The notes beneath the pieces were generated by a model. It was not told the origin of the DNA, did not search any database, and saw only the letters and a program-made list of their open reading frames with translations. Both the position numbers and the translations under genes were made by a program. Of a stretch of DNA of 64,000 nt, positions 38,192 to 51,534 are shown piece by piece; position 1 is the first letter of the stretch, and every line of letters starts with the position of its first letter. The DNA comes from Leucoraja ocellata. Taxonomy: Eukaryota. The stretch is taken from the NCBI GenBank assembly GCA_036785375.1, contig JAWMAR010000011.1:7006001-7070000 (forward strand). The letters are read 5' to 3'.

Positions 38192-38842
38192 ATTTCCTTC
38201 GCTCCATAGATGCTGCTGCACCCGCTGAGTTTCTCCAGCTTTTCTGTGTAACCTTCGATTCTCCAGCATCTGCAGTTCCCTCTTAAACACCTTCATAGCA
38301 AATGTCCTTCAGGGAAATAATCTGCCATCCTAACTTAGCACAACAAAGTTTAATGATTAGATTTGGAAAACAAAGGAGAAAAAAATCTGCCAGCCTAACC
38401 CAGCACAGCAAAGTTTAATGTTTAGATTTGGATAACAAAAGATGGTCTTGTCGGTGGCACCTACATCACATTAAATCTTAATGCAATTACATTTTTTTTT
38501 TAAGTTTAAAATGACCTGTGCAGTTGGGGGCAATGGGTGAGTGCTGGAATATTGGGAATGGGTAAGTAGTGGATTCTTACATTGTGGAATGGGTTGCATT
38601 GGGGGACCATGCCTCCCGTGTGACAGGGACCCAACGGGTGAGTGGTGGAATTTTACATTGGGGAATGGGTTGCGTTGGGGGACCAGGCCTCTCGTGGGGG
38701 CTGTGGGTGAGTGGTAGATTATTACGTTGGGGGAACGGGTTACATTAGGGGAACGGATGAGTGCTGGAAACTGATTGCGTTGGTGGAACAGGTGAGTGAT
38801 GGGTTATTGAGTTGGGGGCCAACGGGTCCCACTTGGTCTAGT

Positions 38843-39720
38843 ATACGATTAAAAGTCTTGTCTTGTTTCTTTTATGTGTGTGTGTCTGTGTGATGGTATT
38901 TTCGCTAAAATGGTACACAGTGGCGCTAATTTTTTTTGCAGAACCTTGCTCATTTTCTCCCCATCGATGATCTAATCAAGTTTCCTTCAGATTTTATGTT
39001 AGATTTCGCAAGTAATTGATATTTAAAGGTTTAAAAAAGCCAACTTTGAGAATAATTACTGACTTTGAGAGTGAGACTTTTCTGCCAACTTTCAGTGATT
39101 ATATCACAATGGCATCTCTCAGTCCTCCAATCATAATGGGATCTCATTTACCTATGCTGCCGAGAACATTCTGCCAGCCCATAATGACATCACAATGGGA
39201 TCTCAGCTGCCAATCAACAAGCTTTGATAGTTATCTTACATTGTTGTAAGGAGAGAGACATAGTGGGCGAGATTTAAAAGTTTTAAAGTAACATTTAAAA
39301 GTTTACAAAACCCCACTTTGAGAAGGATTTCGTCAAATCTGCACTGGCAGTTAGACAGTTCCCAGCTATGACATCACAATGACATCACGAGCTACAATGT
39401 TGCTATACCAGAACATTTGTGAAATTGCATTTTTTTAAAGTTTAAAATTACCTGCTGGGGGGCATGGGTGAGTGGTGGAATATTGCATTGGGGGAACGTT
39501 GGGGGAACGGGTGAGTGGTGGGATCTTACATTGGAAATGGGTTGCTTTGGGGGAATCAAGCCTCCCATGGGAGCTATGGGTGAGTGGTCGAATATGACAT
39601 TAAAAATGATCCGACCTGCACAGTTGGGGGCTATGGGTGAGTGGTGGAATATTGCATTAGGGGAACGGGTTGTGTTGATGGAACGGGTGAGTGGTGGGGG
39701 CTACGGGTAGGGAACGGATG
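38843..39720 (+). mobile_element. Probable non-autonomous Helitron (5' part), directly after the previous copy's CTAG end
   Basis: Starts ATACGATTAAAAGTCTTGTCTTG, similar to 9026-9120 and 8430-8660; contains GGGTGAGTGGTGGAATATTG repeats. Confidence 0.5.
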
Positions 39721-39930
39721 GAGAAACTCAGCGGGTGCGGCAGCATCTATGGAGCGAAGGAAATAGGCAACATTTCGGGCCGAAACCCGTTTTCAGACTG
39801 ATGTAGGGTGGGAGGGCCGGAGAGAAGAAAGGTGAAAGGAAGAGGAGGAGCCAGAGGGCTGAGAGAGAGCTGAGATGGGGAGGAGACAGCAAGGGCTAAA
39901 CGAAATTGGAGAAGTCAATGTTCATGCCTC
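39720..39930 (-). mobile_element. Penelope 3' fragment with degenerate hammerhead
   Basis: Reverse complement of ~38015-38240. Confidence 0.8.
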
Positions 39931-40079
39931 ATTTTACTGGTATTGTACTAATGAAAAGCTATGGACCTGAAATGTCATCCTTGTTTCTCTCATCAGATTA
40001 TGCTCGATTGCTGCAAAAATAATTTTCTTTTCATTTTAAACTTACATCATCAATTATCTTTTGCTCCTATCCATCGCTG

Positions 40080-41270
40080 ACTACACGATTGGACACTGAT
40101 GTTTACAACAAACACTGATGTTTACAACAACTCGCCTCCCACAGTTATCTGGACTACACTTCCTCCAACCCTGCCTCTTGCAAAAACGCTATTCTCTCCT
40201 CCAAATTCCTCTGTCTTTGCTGCATCTAAGATGACGCTTTCCATTCGAGATGTCCTCTTTCTTTATTAAACATGGTTTTCTCTTTGCTGTCACAGATAGA
40301 TCCCTCACCCACATTTCCTCTGCGGCCCATAGTTTTGCTCTCGCTCCCCCTCCTCCCAGATGGAACAAGGATTAAGTTCCCCTGATCCTCACCGTTCATT
40401 CCGTATCAACACATCATCCTCGGACATTTCCGACAACTCCAATGCAGTCCTACCACCAATCACATCTTCCCATCTCCACCCCTTCTTGCATTTGTGCAGA
40501 TGCCGCTCCCTCCTCAATCCCTTCGTTTACTCGTCCCTTCCTGCACAAACCACCCCCTCCTCAGGTATTTTCACCCTATAAGGAGATGTAACACCTATCA
40601 CTATACCTCCTCCCTCACTCCATCCAAGAACCCCAGCAGTCCTTCCAGGTGAGAAAGAGGTTCACGTGCACCTCTTCTAACCGCATCTACAGTGGAATGT
40701 GTTCCCGATGTGACCTCCTGTACATCAGTGACCAAGCCTAGACTGACTGATCATTTCACTGAACACTTGTGCACAGTCCATCAAGACCTGCTGGATCTTT
40801 CAATTGCTAACCATCTTAACTCCCCTTCCCATTCCTATACGGATGTTTTTGTCCTGGGCCTCCTCCATTGCCAAAGTGAGGCCGCACAGAAACTGGAGGA
40901 ACAGCATCTCATATTATGCTTGGCTAGCCAATGGTATGAACATGGAATTCTCAAATGTTTGGTAAACCTTTAACAACCCCCCCCCCCCCCCCCCCCCACG
41001 ACCACCACCACCTCCCCCTCCCTTTCACCGCAACCCCAATGTCCTACGTGGAATCCCAGCAATTTCTTTACTCCCAGCACCTATGTCAGCACCTATAACC
41101 TGCTATGCTTTGTCCTGCTTTGCATCTCTGCCAGCTTTCTTTCCCTCAAACTCCCAACCCCACAATCAGTCTGAAGATGGGTCCAGAGATGCTACCTGGC
41201 CTACTGAGTTACTCCAGCACTTAGTGTCTTTGTTTGTAAAGCAGCATCTATAGTTGCTTGCTTCTACATC
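40080..41270 (+). mobile_element. Old degenerate Penelope fragment (RT C-terminus plus GIY-YIG)
   Basis: YLDYTSS.PASCK, FQVRKRFTCTSSN and KLEEQHLI match the intact copy; many indels. Confidence 0.85.
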
Positions 41271-41914
41271 AACTGATGCATTTGAAGGACAAGATTTTCA
41301 GAACAAGTAGACCTTTATATCTATTGCAGTCAGAACGTTAGGTAGGGGCAGGTGTTGCAAGTTCTGAGTGTGGAATTGAAGGTAACAGTAGTTATACATT
41401 TCAATTATCCTGGCCCAATGCACAATGTGACAATAAATATTTGCTGCTGGACCTTGGGAAACATGCAGCACTTCCCATACACAAATGCAAGGGTCAATGG
41501 TGGTTTGTTATCACATGTACAGATGTAAAATGAAATAAAATAAAAATACAGATCAGAAAAGAATTGCCATACCTAAGCCCAATTAGCAGTGTGTAGAAAT
41601 AGTCCACTGAAACTGCATGCAACAGTCGCCAAGTTATGGTGCAATTTCCAAAGTTCAATCCGATCCGTGCATTGTTTTCTGGAGTAACGCCCGATCTAGG
41701 CGATCTTCAGGCTGCTGCAGGGCCTCCAGCCGTCACCTCCGTTCGGATTGTCCAGCAAACCGTCGTTCCTCTACTTGCCTGGCCACCTTCAGCCTTTGTA
41801 CCCCTGGGGGTCTCCCATAGCTGACCTTGAGGGCATGGAAGGTAAAACCCCAGTTTACTCTCTCACTGGCCCTTGTTCCTTACGTCCTTCGTCACCGGTT
41901 CACTCCTCTCCGAA

Positions 41915-42830
41915 ATTCAGATTCAGATTCAGAAAACTTTATTGTCTGTCGTAACAGAAAATCTTCTTTGACGTGGCTCAACATACAGACAGGACAATGT
42001 ACTGATAAGCAGTCATACAACACAGATTTCTGAGAGCACACACAGTGTGTATCGATCTTAAAAGCAAATATAAAGATTAAAAACTGTAAAAATAGACAAG
42101 ATAAAAGTTGTGGATACGTGTAAAGTGACAATGCGTCAGGGTTAATTTGTCCATTGTTCATTTTTTATTTAAGCTGTTTATGGCAATGGGTATGAATGAG
42201 TTTTTGTGGATGTTTTTCTTGGATAGGGGGACTTTATATCGGCGGCCTGATGGCAGAAGTTGGAAAGACGTGCAGGGGGTGGGTGGGATCCTGTGTAATG
42301 AGATTGGCTTTCCTTTTAACTGCCTGGGTGTGGAGTACTGATAATTGATTTTGAGTTTTGCCAGTTATTTTGCTTGCCTGATTGATGATCCGGGAAAGCT
42401 TTGATTTGTCTTTGACAGAGGTGAGGGTGAACCAGGATGTGATGTTAAAGGCGAGTACAGATTCTATAAGTGATTTATAGACAGCTGTTAAAATGTCCTG
42501 TCTGACATCAAAGCTCCTGAGTTTCCTCAGCAGGAACAGGCGTTGCTGTGCCTTCTTGTACACAGAGTCTGTGTGCTGGGAGGACAGGTGGGTGTCAATC
42601 TCTGTGCCCAGGTATCTAAAGGCCTCTACCTGCTCAACTGTCTGCCCATTCAGCCTCAGAGGTTCAAAGAGAGGTTGGGGGAAGATGTTCGCCTCCCCCC
42701 ACAACACAGCTCCTTGGTCTTGGAGATGTTGAGCTTCGGGGGAAGAGCAGGGGCCCAGCTTGGCGTCTTCCCTCCAAAGGCTGCAGTCCTTGTAGGGTCT
42801 ACTGGACAGTAGTGATCCCACTCCTGTATG
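41915..42830 (-). mobile_element. Rex1/Babar-type LINE 3' fragment
   Basis: LNISKTKE, VEQVEAFRYLG, KKAQQRLFLLRKLRSF; AATAAA plus (TGAATC)n tail. Confidence 0.85.
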
Positions 42831-43754
42831 GTTCTAAGAGTTGGACTGCTTGTAGTAAGTAGCTCAAAACATTTGAGAAATGTTACCAACATTGTATCTG
42901 CAAAATGCTTCAAATATATTGGCAGGATGAATGGATCCAGAGATGCTACCTGGCCTACTGAGTTAGGAACCTCTTCCAGGCCAACATCGGCAGAGTCGAG
43001 TCTAACACTCAATTAGCTGTGTTAAAAACCAGACTACAAAAACAAAGATTCTATTCCAAGCTTTGTCACACCAGGAGATTGCCAGGTTGATGTAAAGGAG
43101 ATTCAACAATATTTTTTTTAATTCCTTGAAGAATTGCATTGCCCTCGTTGACACCTGAGAATCTCTCGCCCATGTCCAATCAAAATGGAGAATGAGAATT
43201 TGGTATGATACTGAGAACCTTGGGTCCATGTGTTCGGAGTACGCAGAGGCTCAGTGTAAACGACAGAAAAAGCACACCACCTCTCAACTTGCAACATATA
43301 CAGCACATTAAACTCCTCCTGCGTCATCAGATCACTTCAGAATGCACAGAAACGGAGTGGAATTAACCCCAAGGGATCATTTAAAAAATTGCTGGTACTT
43401 GATCCTCCAGGCCATATGCCTTTTGCAGCATTTGTTTGCTGCTGCCAACGTTGAGAGTCACCTCATAATAAAGGAGAGAATAGTATAAGTGTGTGTACCA
43501 GTGTGCCTGTTTGTATATTATGGTTGAATAAATGGAAATATTTATCAACCATGAATGTATAACTGAATAATATGGTAGTGGTTAGTGTAGCAGTGTTTGC
43601 TGGACCCTATAATTACTATGTAGGAGAAATGATCGATGGAAATTGTGGCAAATTATCAGAGACAGAATTGTGAGTACAGTTGTGAACCTTTAATTCATTT
43701 TCATTTATACTTGTACATTAGTTGGCTGATATATTACTGTTTGTAGTACTCTAG

Positions 43755-44430
43755 ATAGATACAAAAAGCTTGAGTAACACAGTGAGTCAGGCAGCATGTT
43801 TGGAGAAAAGGAATTGGTGATGTTTCGGGTCGAGATCCTTCTTCAGACTGAAAGTCAGGACAAATGGAAATGAGGGATATAGACGGTGATGTGGAGAGAT
43901 ATACGATACGATAAACTTTATTCATCCCCGGACGGAAATTGGTCTGCCAACAGTCACAACACACAAGGTACACAAAAACTTGAAATTAAAAGTGAAAAAA
44001 AAAAAGAAAAAGGACAAGTGACAGTTGGCTGGTTGCCGTGTGCACAGGCCTAAACCGGAAAGAACCAACAACGCAAACTTATCCCCTGGGCAGAGGATTT
44101 TAAAACCACAATGCCCCCCCCCCCCCCCAACACGGGTTCTCCTTTGTTCTCCCACCATCCCTCATGGCAGTCCTCGCCAAATAGAACAAATGAATGAAAG
44201 ATATGCAAAAAAGTAATGATGATAAAGGAAATATGCCATTGTTGGCTGCGTGTTAGGTAAGAAGGAGTTAGATTATGAGACTCAACAAGAAGACTTTGAT
44301 GCTGGTACGATATGGGTGGGGGAGGGATGGAGAGGGAGGGAATGCAAGGGTTACTTGAAGTTGGAGATATCAATTATACCACTGGGTTGTAAGCTGCCCA
44401 AGCAAAACATAAGATGCTGTTCCACCAAAG
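43755..44430 (-). mobile_element. Penelope 3' fragment (hammerhead at ~43815-43850) interrupted by a Rex-type tail (43900-44110)
   Basis: EQHLMFCLGSLQPSG relic; CTGAAGAAGGATCTCGACCCGAAACATC on the minus strand; the insert ends AATAAAGTTTATCGTATCG. Confidence 0.72.
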
Positions 44431-44606
44431 TGCTCTAGATGTGGCTTAACCAATGTCTTACAAGGCAGGACCACAACTTACCTGCTCTTCTATGCCTCAA
44501 ATATTGAAGTCAAATTTTCCATATGCCTTCTTCACTACTTTACCGACCTCTGCTGCTACCCTATAGGGATCCTTTGACTGATACACCAATATTTTCACTA
44601 ACATAG

Positions 44607-44745
44607 GGGTGGCACGGTGACGCAGCGTAAGAGTTGCTGCCTTAGAGCGCCTGACACCTAGGTTCAATCCTGACAACGGGTACTGTCTCTATGGAGTTTG
44701 TACGTTCTCTCTGTGACCGCGCGGGTTTTCCCTGGATGTTCAGGA
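44607..44745 (+). mobile_element. tRNA-derived HE1/V-SINE, 3'-truncated
   Basis: GGCACGGTGACGCAGC A-box region, GGTTCAATCC B box, V-domain GGAGTTTGTACGTTCTC..GGGTTTTCC. Confidence 0.85.
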
Positions 44746-45320
44746 TATTCCCTGAAACTTGTGCTGCCTGGGTCAGTCTCAGTTTTTATCTTCTTATATT
44801 GATATATCAATTGCTCAGCCTGTCAAATTAGATGACTGTTCCCATAGTCAACTTGCACTACAGGTTTCTAAGCATTTGAGATAACTACTGGTGATGTGGG
44901 CAATACCTCTGCTTTGAGATCTGCAGATGTGACTGGAGTCACTGCCTGTTAGGTTCAACTGGTGCTGATGCCCATGCAGTTATTCTCCACAAAAGTGCAT
45001 TAATGTGCAAACAGCACAAGAAGTTTAAACACTGCTATAAATTTAAGAATAGCAGAGGCTGCGTAATTTGCTAATTTTGTTTTTAGGACCACAGAAGCAA
45101 CCTGCAGTTCCACAACTGCCGTCTCATTTATAATTGTGTATTTAATAGAGATTGGTGTTCAAACCTGGTCAGTCTGTTCATGGCTAACTGAACCCACTGA
45201 GATGTCCTTCAATAAGCGTGTTGATAAAATATATAAATAATTAGGAATGGAATAACATCAATAAAATTTTTGTTTTAAGTTACTTATCAAAATAAATGAA
45301 TGTTAATAAAAATAACTTAC

Positions 45321-45476
45321 CGTAGTCTCTACTGAGTCTATATGGTACATAAACATTCCTATCTTCGGAAGACGGCCATAAACAACTTTTTGGTGAACGC
45401 CTACATATCATAGCATTTCTAGAATTATCAAGTAGGATGTCTCCATGCTCAATCCTTTTATTTCCTGCACGTTCTA
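45321..45476 (-). CDS. Astacin-like metalloprotease, coding exon 4 (end of propeptide, start of mature domain)
   Basis: (L)ERAGNKRIEHGDILLDNSRNAMICRRSPKSCLWPSSEDRNVYVPYRLSRDY: xGD aspartate-switch motif, RNA maturation site, C..C.W and VPY motifs; CATTTTTCAG acceptor, GTAAGT donor. Confidence 0.93.
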
Positions 45477-46849
45477 CTGAAAAATGAGAAAGACAGATGG
45501 TCATATTATTAAAATAATCTACCACCATTAAATATATGTTAAATATGAACATGGTAAACATGAACATATCAAAACTAGGTAATGACCATCTGTAACAGAT
45601 CATCCTGCCAATTTAGCCAGTTGACCAACCTTTGATAGTCAGCTAACAAAACAAACATCAGATCTGTGCCACGTTTTTTGCTAAAATGAAAGTTTATTTC
45701 ATTTTAGGGGAACATTTGTTTGTTTCCATTATTTGGAATATATTTCAATAATCCACAGAAAAGCCATACATATCTTCATATATCTTCAATATGTCTTCAA
45801 TAAAACACTTCAGTAAAAATGCAATCTCATTCATCACTCAATTGTTATCAATGAATACAATAAAACACATTCTTCTATCTAGACATTGCTTCGTCTTCTG
45901 AACGAGGTGTTCAATCTTCATACATTGTGCTGGGCAATCCAATTTCAACGTGAAAAAACACTACCATATATCGCTATGATTTTTGGCCATCTTACATCTT
46001 ACTCACAGTCCTCCGCTGAGCAGGCTCCAAGGATTTTTCCCATCAATGAAAAATAAAAAGTTATGAGTGTTTAAAAAACTTTGAGATCCTCTCGCCTGTC
46101 AATCACCGCGATGAAGGTAACGCCTCTTCCGGGGGGGGGGCGGACAGGACTATAAAACCCCGGATGCCTGTACGTGACTCAGTCATTCTGCAAGATCGCG
46201 AGGGAGAGGCCATGACTCTCATTCTAAACTGTGAATCAACTGAACTGTGAGTCTGCAATGTACTTGCAATACATGATTTGTTGGCCCTTAATGACAATGC
46301 CATTAGTTGTTTGGCCTGCTGCCCTGCCTGTGCTAGAAACTGCAATGCTTTATTACGTCCGACTGTGTTTGGAAGGAATAAATGCTTTATCAGGTCCGAC
46401 TGTGTTTGGTTTAAAAGTCCCGCTCATTCCACTTAGTGGACAGGTCGCACTGAGTAATATCCGGTGAGTGCAGAAGTCGCGCTGATTTCGTAACTTCCGG
46501 TAAGTGCAGAGGTCATGCTGATTGCGGAAGTGCCGCTGACTGTGATTATATTGCCTTACATTTTCTAGGATGTGTTACTACCTAGAATACTATTTCTAAT
46601 TAGTCATTCGTGCATGTAGTCACTGCTGAATCACAATTTTATCTGCTGTCTCCATGCAGCAATTGCATAGCTCTGCAGGAAACATTTTAAGACTGCAGCT
46701 TCAGGTAAAAGTACTGGCATTATTTGTATGGACATACACCAGATACATACTTTTGGAATAAAGTCATCATTACTGATAAACAGGTTTGGTTGATTTATTG
46801 CCACATGCCTGTAACTGACAATGCTTCAGACAAATGGGAAGTAAGTCAA

Positions 46850-48778
46850 AGTTACAAACCTCTCCACCCTCATCTCCAAAACTGCTCATAATTCCAAGGT
46901 CATTTTTAGCACCATCACCTCCATCATTTGTCCTGCCCCCAGCACTAGCTTAACTGGGTCCCCTGCTAAGTGCGAGGAATTTACTACTTTTTTCACCTAC
47001 AAGGTAAAAAACATAACAAATATTTACCCTCCCACCTGTGACCTGGCTGTCTCATTGGTCTGCTCTTCAAAATTAGATTGTTTCCAACTCATTACTCTAC
47101 CCTCTCTTGTAAAACTGATCACCACCATGAAACCTACTACCTGCCCCCTCGACACTGTCCCCTCTGCCCTCCTAAAGGAAGTCATCACAACAGCCGGTCC
47201 CAGCATCCTCGCCATCTTCAACAGCTCTCTGGCCACTGGCATTGTACCTGCCTGCTTCAAGCATGTGCTGGTCCAGCCACTCCTGAAAAAAACCTAACCT
47301 TGACCCCACCTTGCCAAGCAACTACAGACTCATTTCTAATCTGCCTTTCCTCTCAAAAGCCCTTGAAAAGGTAATTTTAAGTCAACTTATGCCTTACCTT
47401 CACCAAAACACTATCCTGGAAATTTTCCAATCAGGTTTCAGGGCTCACCACAGCACAGAGTCTGCCTTGTTGAAGGTACATAATGACCTATTGCTCAACG
47501 TTGACTCCGGCAACTGTGCAATCCTGCTCCTTCTTGACCTCAGCGCAGCATTTGACACTGTTGACCACACCATCCTCATTGACTGTCTCCGTTACGGGGT
47601 TGGTATTGATGGCACTGCCCTGAGATGGTTCATCTCTTACCTCAAAGGTAGGAGTTTCTCGACTAACATAGGTAACTCTTTCTCCTCCCCAGCTAATCTC
47701 TGCTGTGGGGTTCCACAAGGTTCCATCCTTGGCCCCATTCTCTTCTCCCTGTATATGCTCCCCTTAGGCAAAGTCATTGAAAGGCACAGCATTTCCTTCC
47801 ATTTCTACGTAGACGATACACAACTCCCCCTGAAGCCCAAAAACCAATCAAATCTACTTAACCTTACCCGCTGCCTCGAGGATATAAAGTGCTGGATGGC
47901 CCAGAACTTCCTCCAACTAAATGAGAGTAAGTCTGAGGTCATCCTTCTCGGCCCCTCGGACTCAATCAAAATGATATCAGGCCGTCTTGGAAAGCCTTAC
48001 CCCACTACTCAAACCTCACGTCAAAAACCTCGGCGTGATATTTGACTCGGCACTGAAATTTGACAAACAAGTCAATGCCATGGTAAAAGCTAGCTTCTTT
48101 CAGCTTCGGATGATAGCTAAAATACAACAATTCCTCCACTTTGATGACCTCGAAAAGATCATCCATACATTTATCTCCTCCCGCCTAGATTACTGCAACT
48201 CTCTTTACACTGGCATCAGCCAATCTTCCCTATCCCGCCTGCAACTGATCCAAAACGCCGCAGCGAGACTCCTGACGGGCACCCGAAAAAGGGACCACAT
48301 CACCCCGATCCTGGCCTCTCTCCACTGGCTCCCTGTGCGGTTCCGTATACATTTCAAGACCCTCCTCTATGTCTACAAAGCCCTCAATGGGCTTGCCCCC
48401 TCCTACATTAAAAGTCTTCTCATCCACCACTCCTCCTCCAGGTCCCTCAGATTGGCCGACTTGGGGCTGCTGAATATCCCATGGACTAGGCATAAGCTTA
48501 GGGGCGACCGCGCCTTTGCTGTTGCAGCTCCTAGACTGTGGAACAGCATCCCCCTTCCCATTAGAACTGCCCCCTCCATCGACTCCTTTAAGTCAAGACT
48601 AAAATCTTATCTATACTCCCAAGCCTTTCCTGACGTCCACTGAGCAAGGGTTATATGTATACATGTATGTAGTTTGTTTGTCTATACTATTCTTATAACA
48701 AATGTAAAGCACTTTGGCCAACGAGAGTTGTTTTTTAAATGTGCTAAATAAATTAATGTGACTTGAATTGACTTGACT
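46850..48778 (+). mobile_element. L2-clade LINE, 5'-truncated and frameshifted
   Basis: NYRLISNLPFLSK, QSGFR..HSTE, LDLSAAFDTVDH, GVPQGSILGP, FYVDDTQL, SRLDYCNS, LHWLPV; (GACTT)n-like tail. Confidence 0.92.
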
Positions 48779-49492
48779 AGTAGTTTGTCATTTTGGTGTC
48801 ATCAAAATTAAGGTTGACATAATTACTTAATCTTACAAGAAGGAATAAATGCATTTTTGCAAAGCACATCGTTGGAAGAATCCAGAGGCAAAACACTGAC
48901 AGAACGTTATTAAGTTGTAAATTATGGCCATTATAATTGGCAACAGATTTTACTACAAATGTCTCACTACCTCCTGCAATAGACAGAATCTCCTGATATA
49001 AATGCTCACTGTATTCAGGAACTATATCCTGTCTGTTCAGCCTGTGCACTGGATATAGCCTCCGAAGACCATTTATATTTGTAATCAGCTTTGTTTAAAT
49101 TTTGAACAACAAACTTTACAATCTGAAATGTAGCAGCACAGAATGAAACAATTTAATTTATTACCTGTGTACTTTCTGATATAATTGTTCATTTTGTCTT
49201 CCTTGCTTTCCTAATCATAATACATTTACATTTTTCTCTTTGTCCTGATCCCATTCAAAATTACAAAATTTTGTTCCACCAAGCCAACATTACTTTCCCT
49301 CAAAGCAAAACTATTAACCTTAGANNNNNNNNNNNNNNNNNNNNNNNNNNNNNNNNNNNNNNNNNNNNNNNNNNNNNNNNNNNNNNNNNNNNNNNNNNNN
49401 NNNNNNNNNNNNNNNNNNNNNNNNNNNNNNNNNNNNNNNNNNNNNNNNNNNNNNNNNNNNNNNNNNNNNNNNNNNNNNNNNNNNNNNNNNNN

Positions 49493-51482
49493 ATGTATCT
49501 CCTCGAAAGCCAGATGCCGAAATGGGGAGGTCTTTACATATTTCCGCAGAGATTTTCCTTGTGAGTTTAGAGATCCACTCCTCTGTACCCTGGGAACATT
49601 ATTTTCCTGACTTTTTAATGAAAGTTGTTGACCAATCGGATGTTTTTTTTCTAATCTGACCGCTGCCCAGCTCCTCACGTTAGAATAAGAGACAAATCCT
49701 CACATTGTGTGTGTGTGTGTGTGCGCGCGTGTGCGTGTGTGTGTGTGTTTTTAGAAATCCACTCCTCTCTACCCTTGGTACATTATTTTCCTCACTTTTC
49801 CATTAAAATTGTTGACCAATCTGATCTTTTTTTTTTAATCTGACCGCTGCCCAGCTGCTGATGTTACAATAACAGAGAATTTTTTACATCTTCTGGTAGA
49901 CATTTTCCTTATGATTTCATCATCTATACAGTTGGTCAATTATTTCCCGAATGGTTATAAATTTTAGTAAATAAGACTGATATTTTTTTAAATATTAAGG
50001 TTCCCCAGCTGCTGACCTCACAATGCCTTTGCACCTGGCCCTGCCCGGTGCTGCCACCGCAACTACCTCCTACCCCCTCAGCCTGCCAGGTTGTTGATTC
50101 CATTGTTTTTCATTGAATTGAATTGAATTATTTCTCACTTAACATCACTAATTCTTAACACTAACTTTTACAGTTTAAAAAAAAAAATAATTTGCTGTCT
50201 TCATTGACAGCTTAGATCGGACCCGCTGTGTGAGTGTAACGCCGCATGCTCCTCCCCTGAATTCCATAGAACTGCCGACAGCATTTCGCTCTCTCTGTCT
50301 CTCCCCCTTTCTCTCCCCATCTCTCTCTCTCCCCATCTCTCTCCCCTCTCTCTCTCTCTCCCTCTCCCGCTCCCCACCGCCCTGTCCTCCCCACCCTCCC
50401 TCCCCCCTCTCTCCTAAACCCCCTTCCCCTCTCCCTTCCACCCCGCCCCTACCCTCCACCCCATTCCCTCCCCCTCCCTTCCCCCCACCTCTCCCCCTCC
50501 CCTCACCCCCCCACCTCTCCCCCTCCCCTCCCCCCCTTTCCTCCCTTCCCTTCCCCCTCTCAGCCCCCTCTCTCCTCCTCTCTATTGGAAGATTGGAACC
50601 TTCACGTGGTCCCACTAAAATCAAACTGCTGCATGTCACAGTGCCATCTCATAGATGTACAATCACAATGGATTCTATTTGCATATGACATCACAATGGG
50701 ATCTGGGTGGGAGATCCCTCCCCCTCCCTTCCCCCACACCCCCCTTCTCTCTCGCGCTTTCGTGCTCCCCCTCCCCCTCACCTCCTCCTCTCTACCCCTC
50801 TCCCTCCCTCTCTCTCCACCTCTCCCCTCCCCCTCTTCCTCCCCACCCCTCTCCTCTCCCCCTCTTCTCCCCACCCCTCTCCTCACCCTTCTTCTCTCCC
50901 CCTCTTCTCCCCACCCCTCTCCTCTCCCCCTCTTCTCTCCCCCCACCCCTCTCACTCACCCTTCCCCCCTCCCCCTTCCCCCTACCCGTCCCCCTTGACC
51001 CTCCCTGCTCTCCTCCCCTCCCCCATCCTCATCCCCTTCTCTCTCCCTTCCCCCTCCCCTCTCCCTCCCCACTCTCTCCCCATCTCCCCCTCCCCAATCT
51101 CTCCCCATCTCCTCCTCCCCACTCTCTCCCCATCTCCCTCTCCCCTCCTCCCCCCCTCACCCACCCATCCTCTTCTCCTCCCCCCCACCCCCCTCTCCCC
51201 CTGTCTCTTGCCCTTCTGTCTCTGCCCCTCTCTCTCTGTCTCTCCCCATGCTCTCTGCCCTCACTCTCTAGCCCCCCCCCCCCTCTAGATGTGCATGTAA
51301 GTTGGGGGCAATGCGTCAGTGGATAGGGCGGTTATGGGGTAAAAGGAGCAAATTAATAATGTTAATATAATATCAAGGGGGGGTAGTTAGCCTGTGCGCG
51401 GGGTGGTAGTTAGTGTGTCTGACGCCACATGCCACCACCCCCCCCCCCCCGCAAATGGGGGACCAACGGGTCTGCACTTGGT
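49493..51482 (+). mobile_element. Probable non-autonomous Helitron with internal duplication, (TG)n and CT-rich tracts
   Basis: 3' GGGACCAACGGGTCTGCACTTGGT matches the other Helitron-like ends; 49565-49705 is repeated at 49750-49880. Confidence 0.5.
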
Positions 51483-51534
51483 GTATTTAGTAGCATTTAA
51501 AAATCAAAGCACTTAAATTTCTAAACTTTCTTAC

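Larger units (their letters stand above)
35846..38290 (+). mobile_element. Penelope-like element (Neptune type), 5'-truncated with a 5' fold-back
   Basis: Uninterrupted RT plus GIY-YIG ORF, hammerhead-bearing 3' tail, and an 84-bp inverted duplication at the 5' end. Confidence 0.93.
35590..38841 (+). mobile_element. Probable non-autonomous Helitron hosting the Penelope insertion
   Basis: 3' end GGGGCCAACGGGTCCCACTTGGT-CTAG|T at 38815-38842; 35630-35720 matches 39240-39350. Confidence 0.55.

Noticed and set aside
35777-38430. ~70-bp target-site duplication around the Penelope element
   Set aside because: The two copies differ at many sites although the insert is young, and a third partial copy follows at ~38385-38430; it is more likely a pre-existing tandem repeat of the host element.
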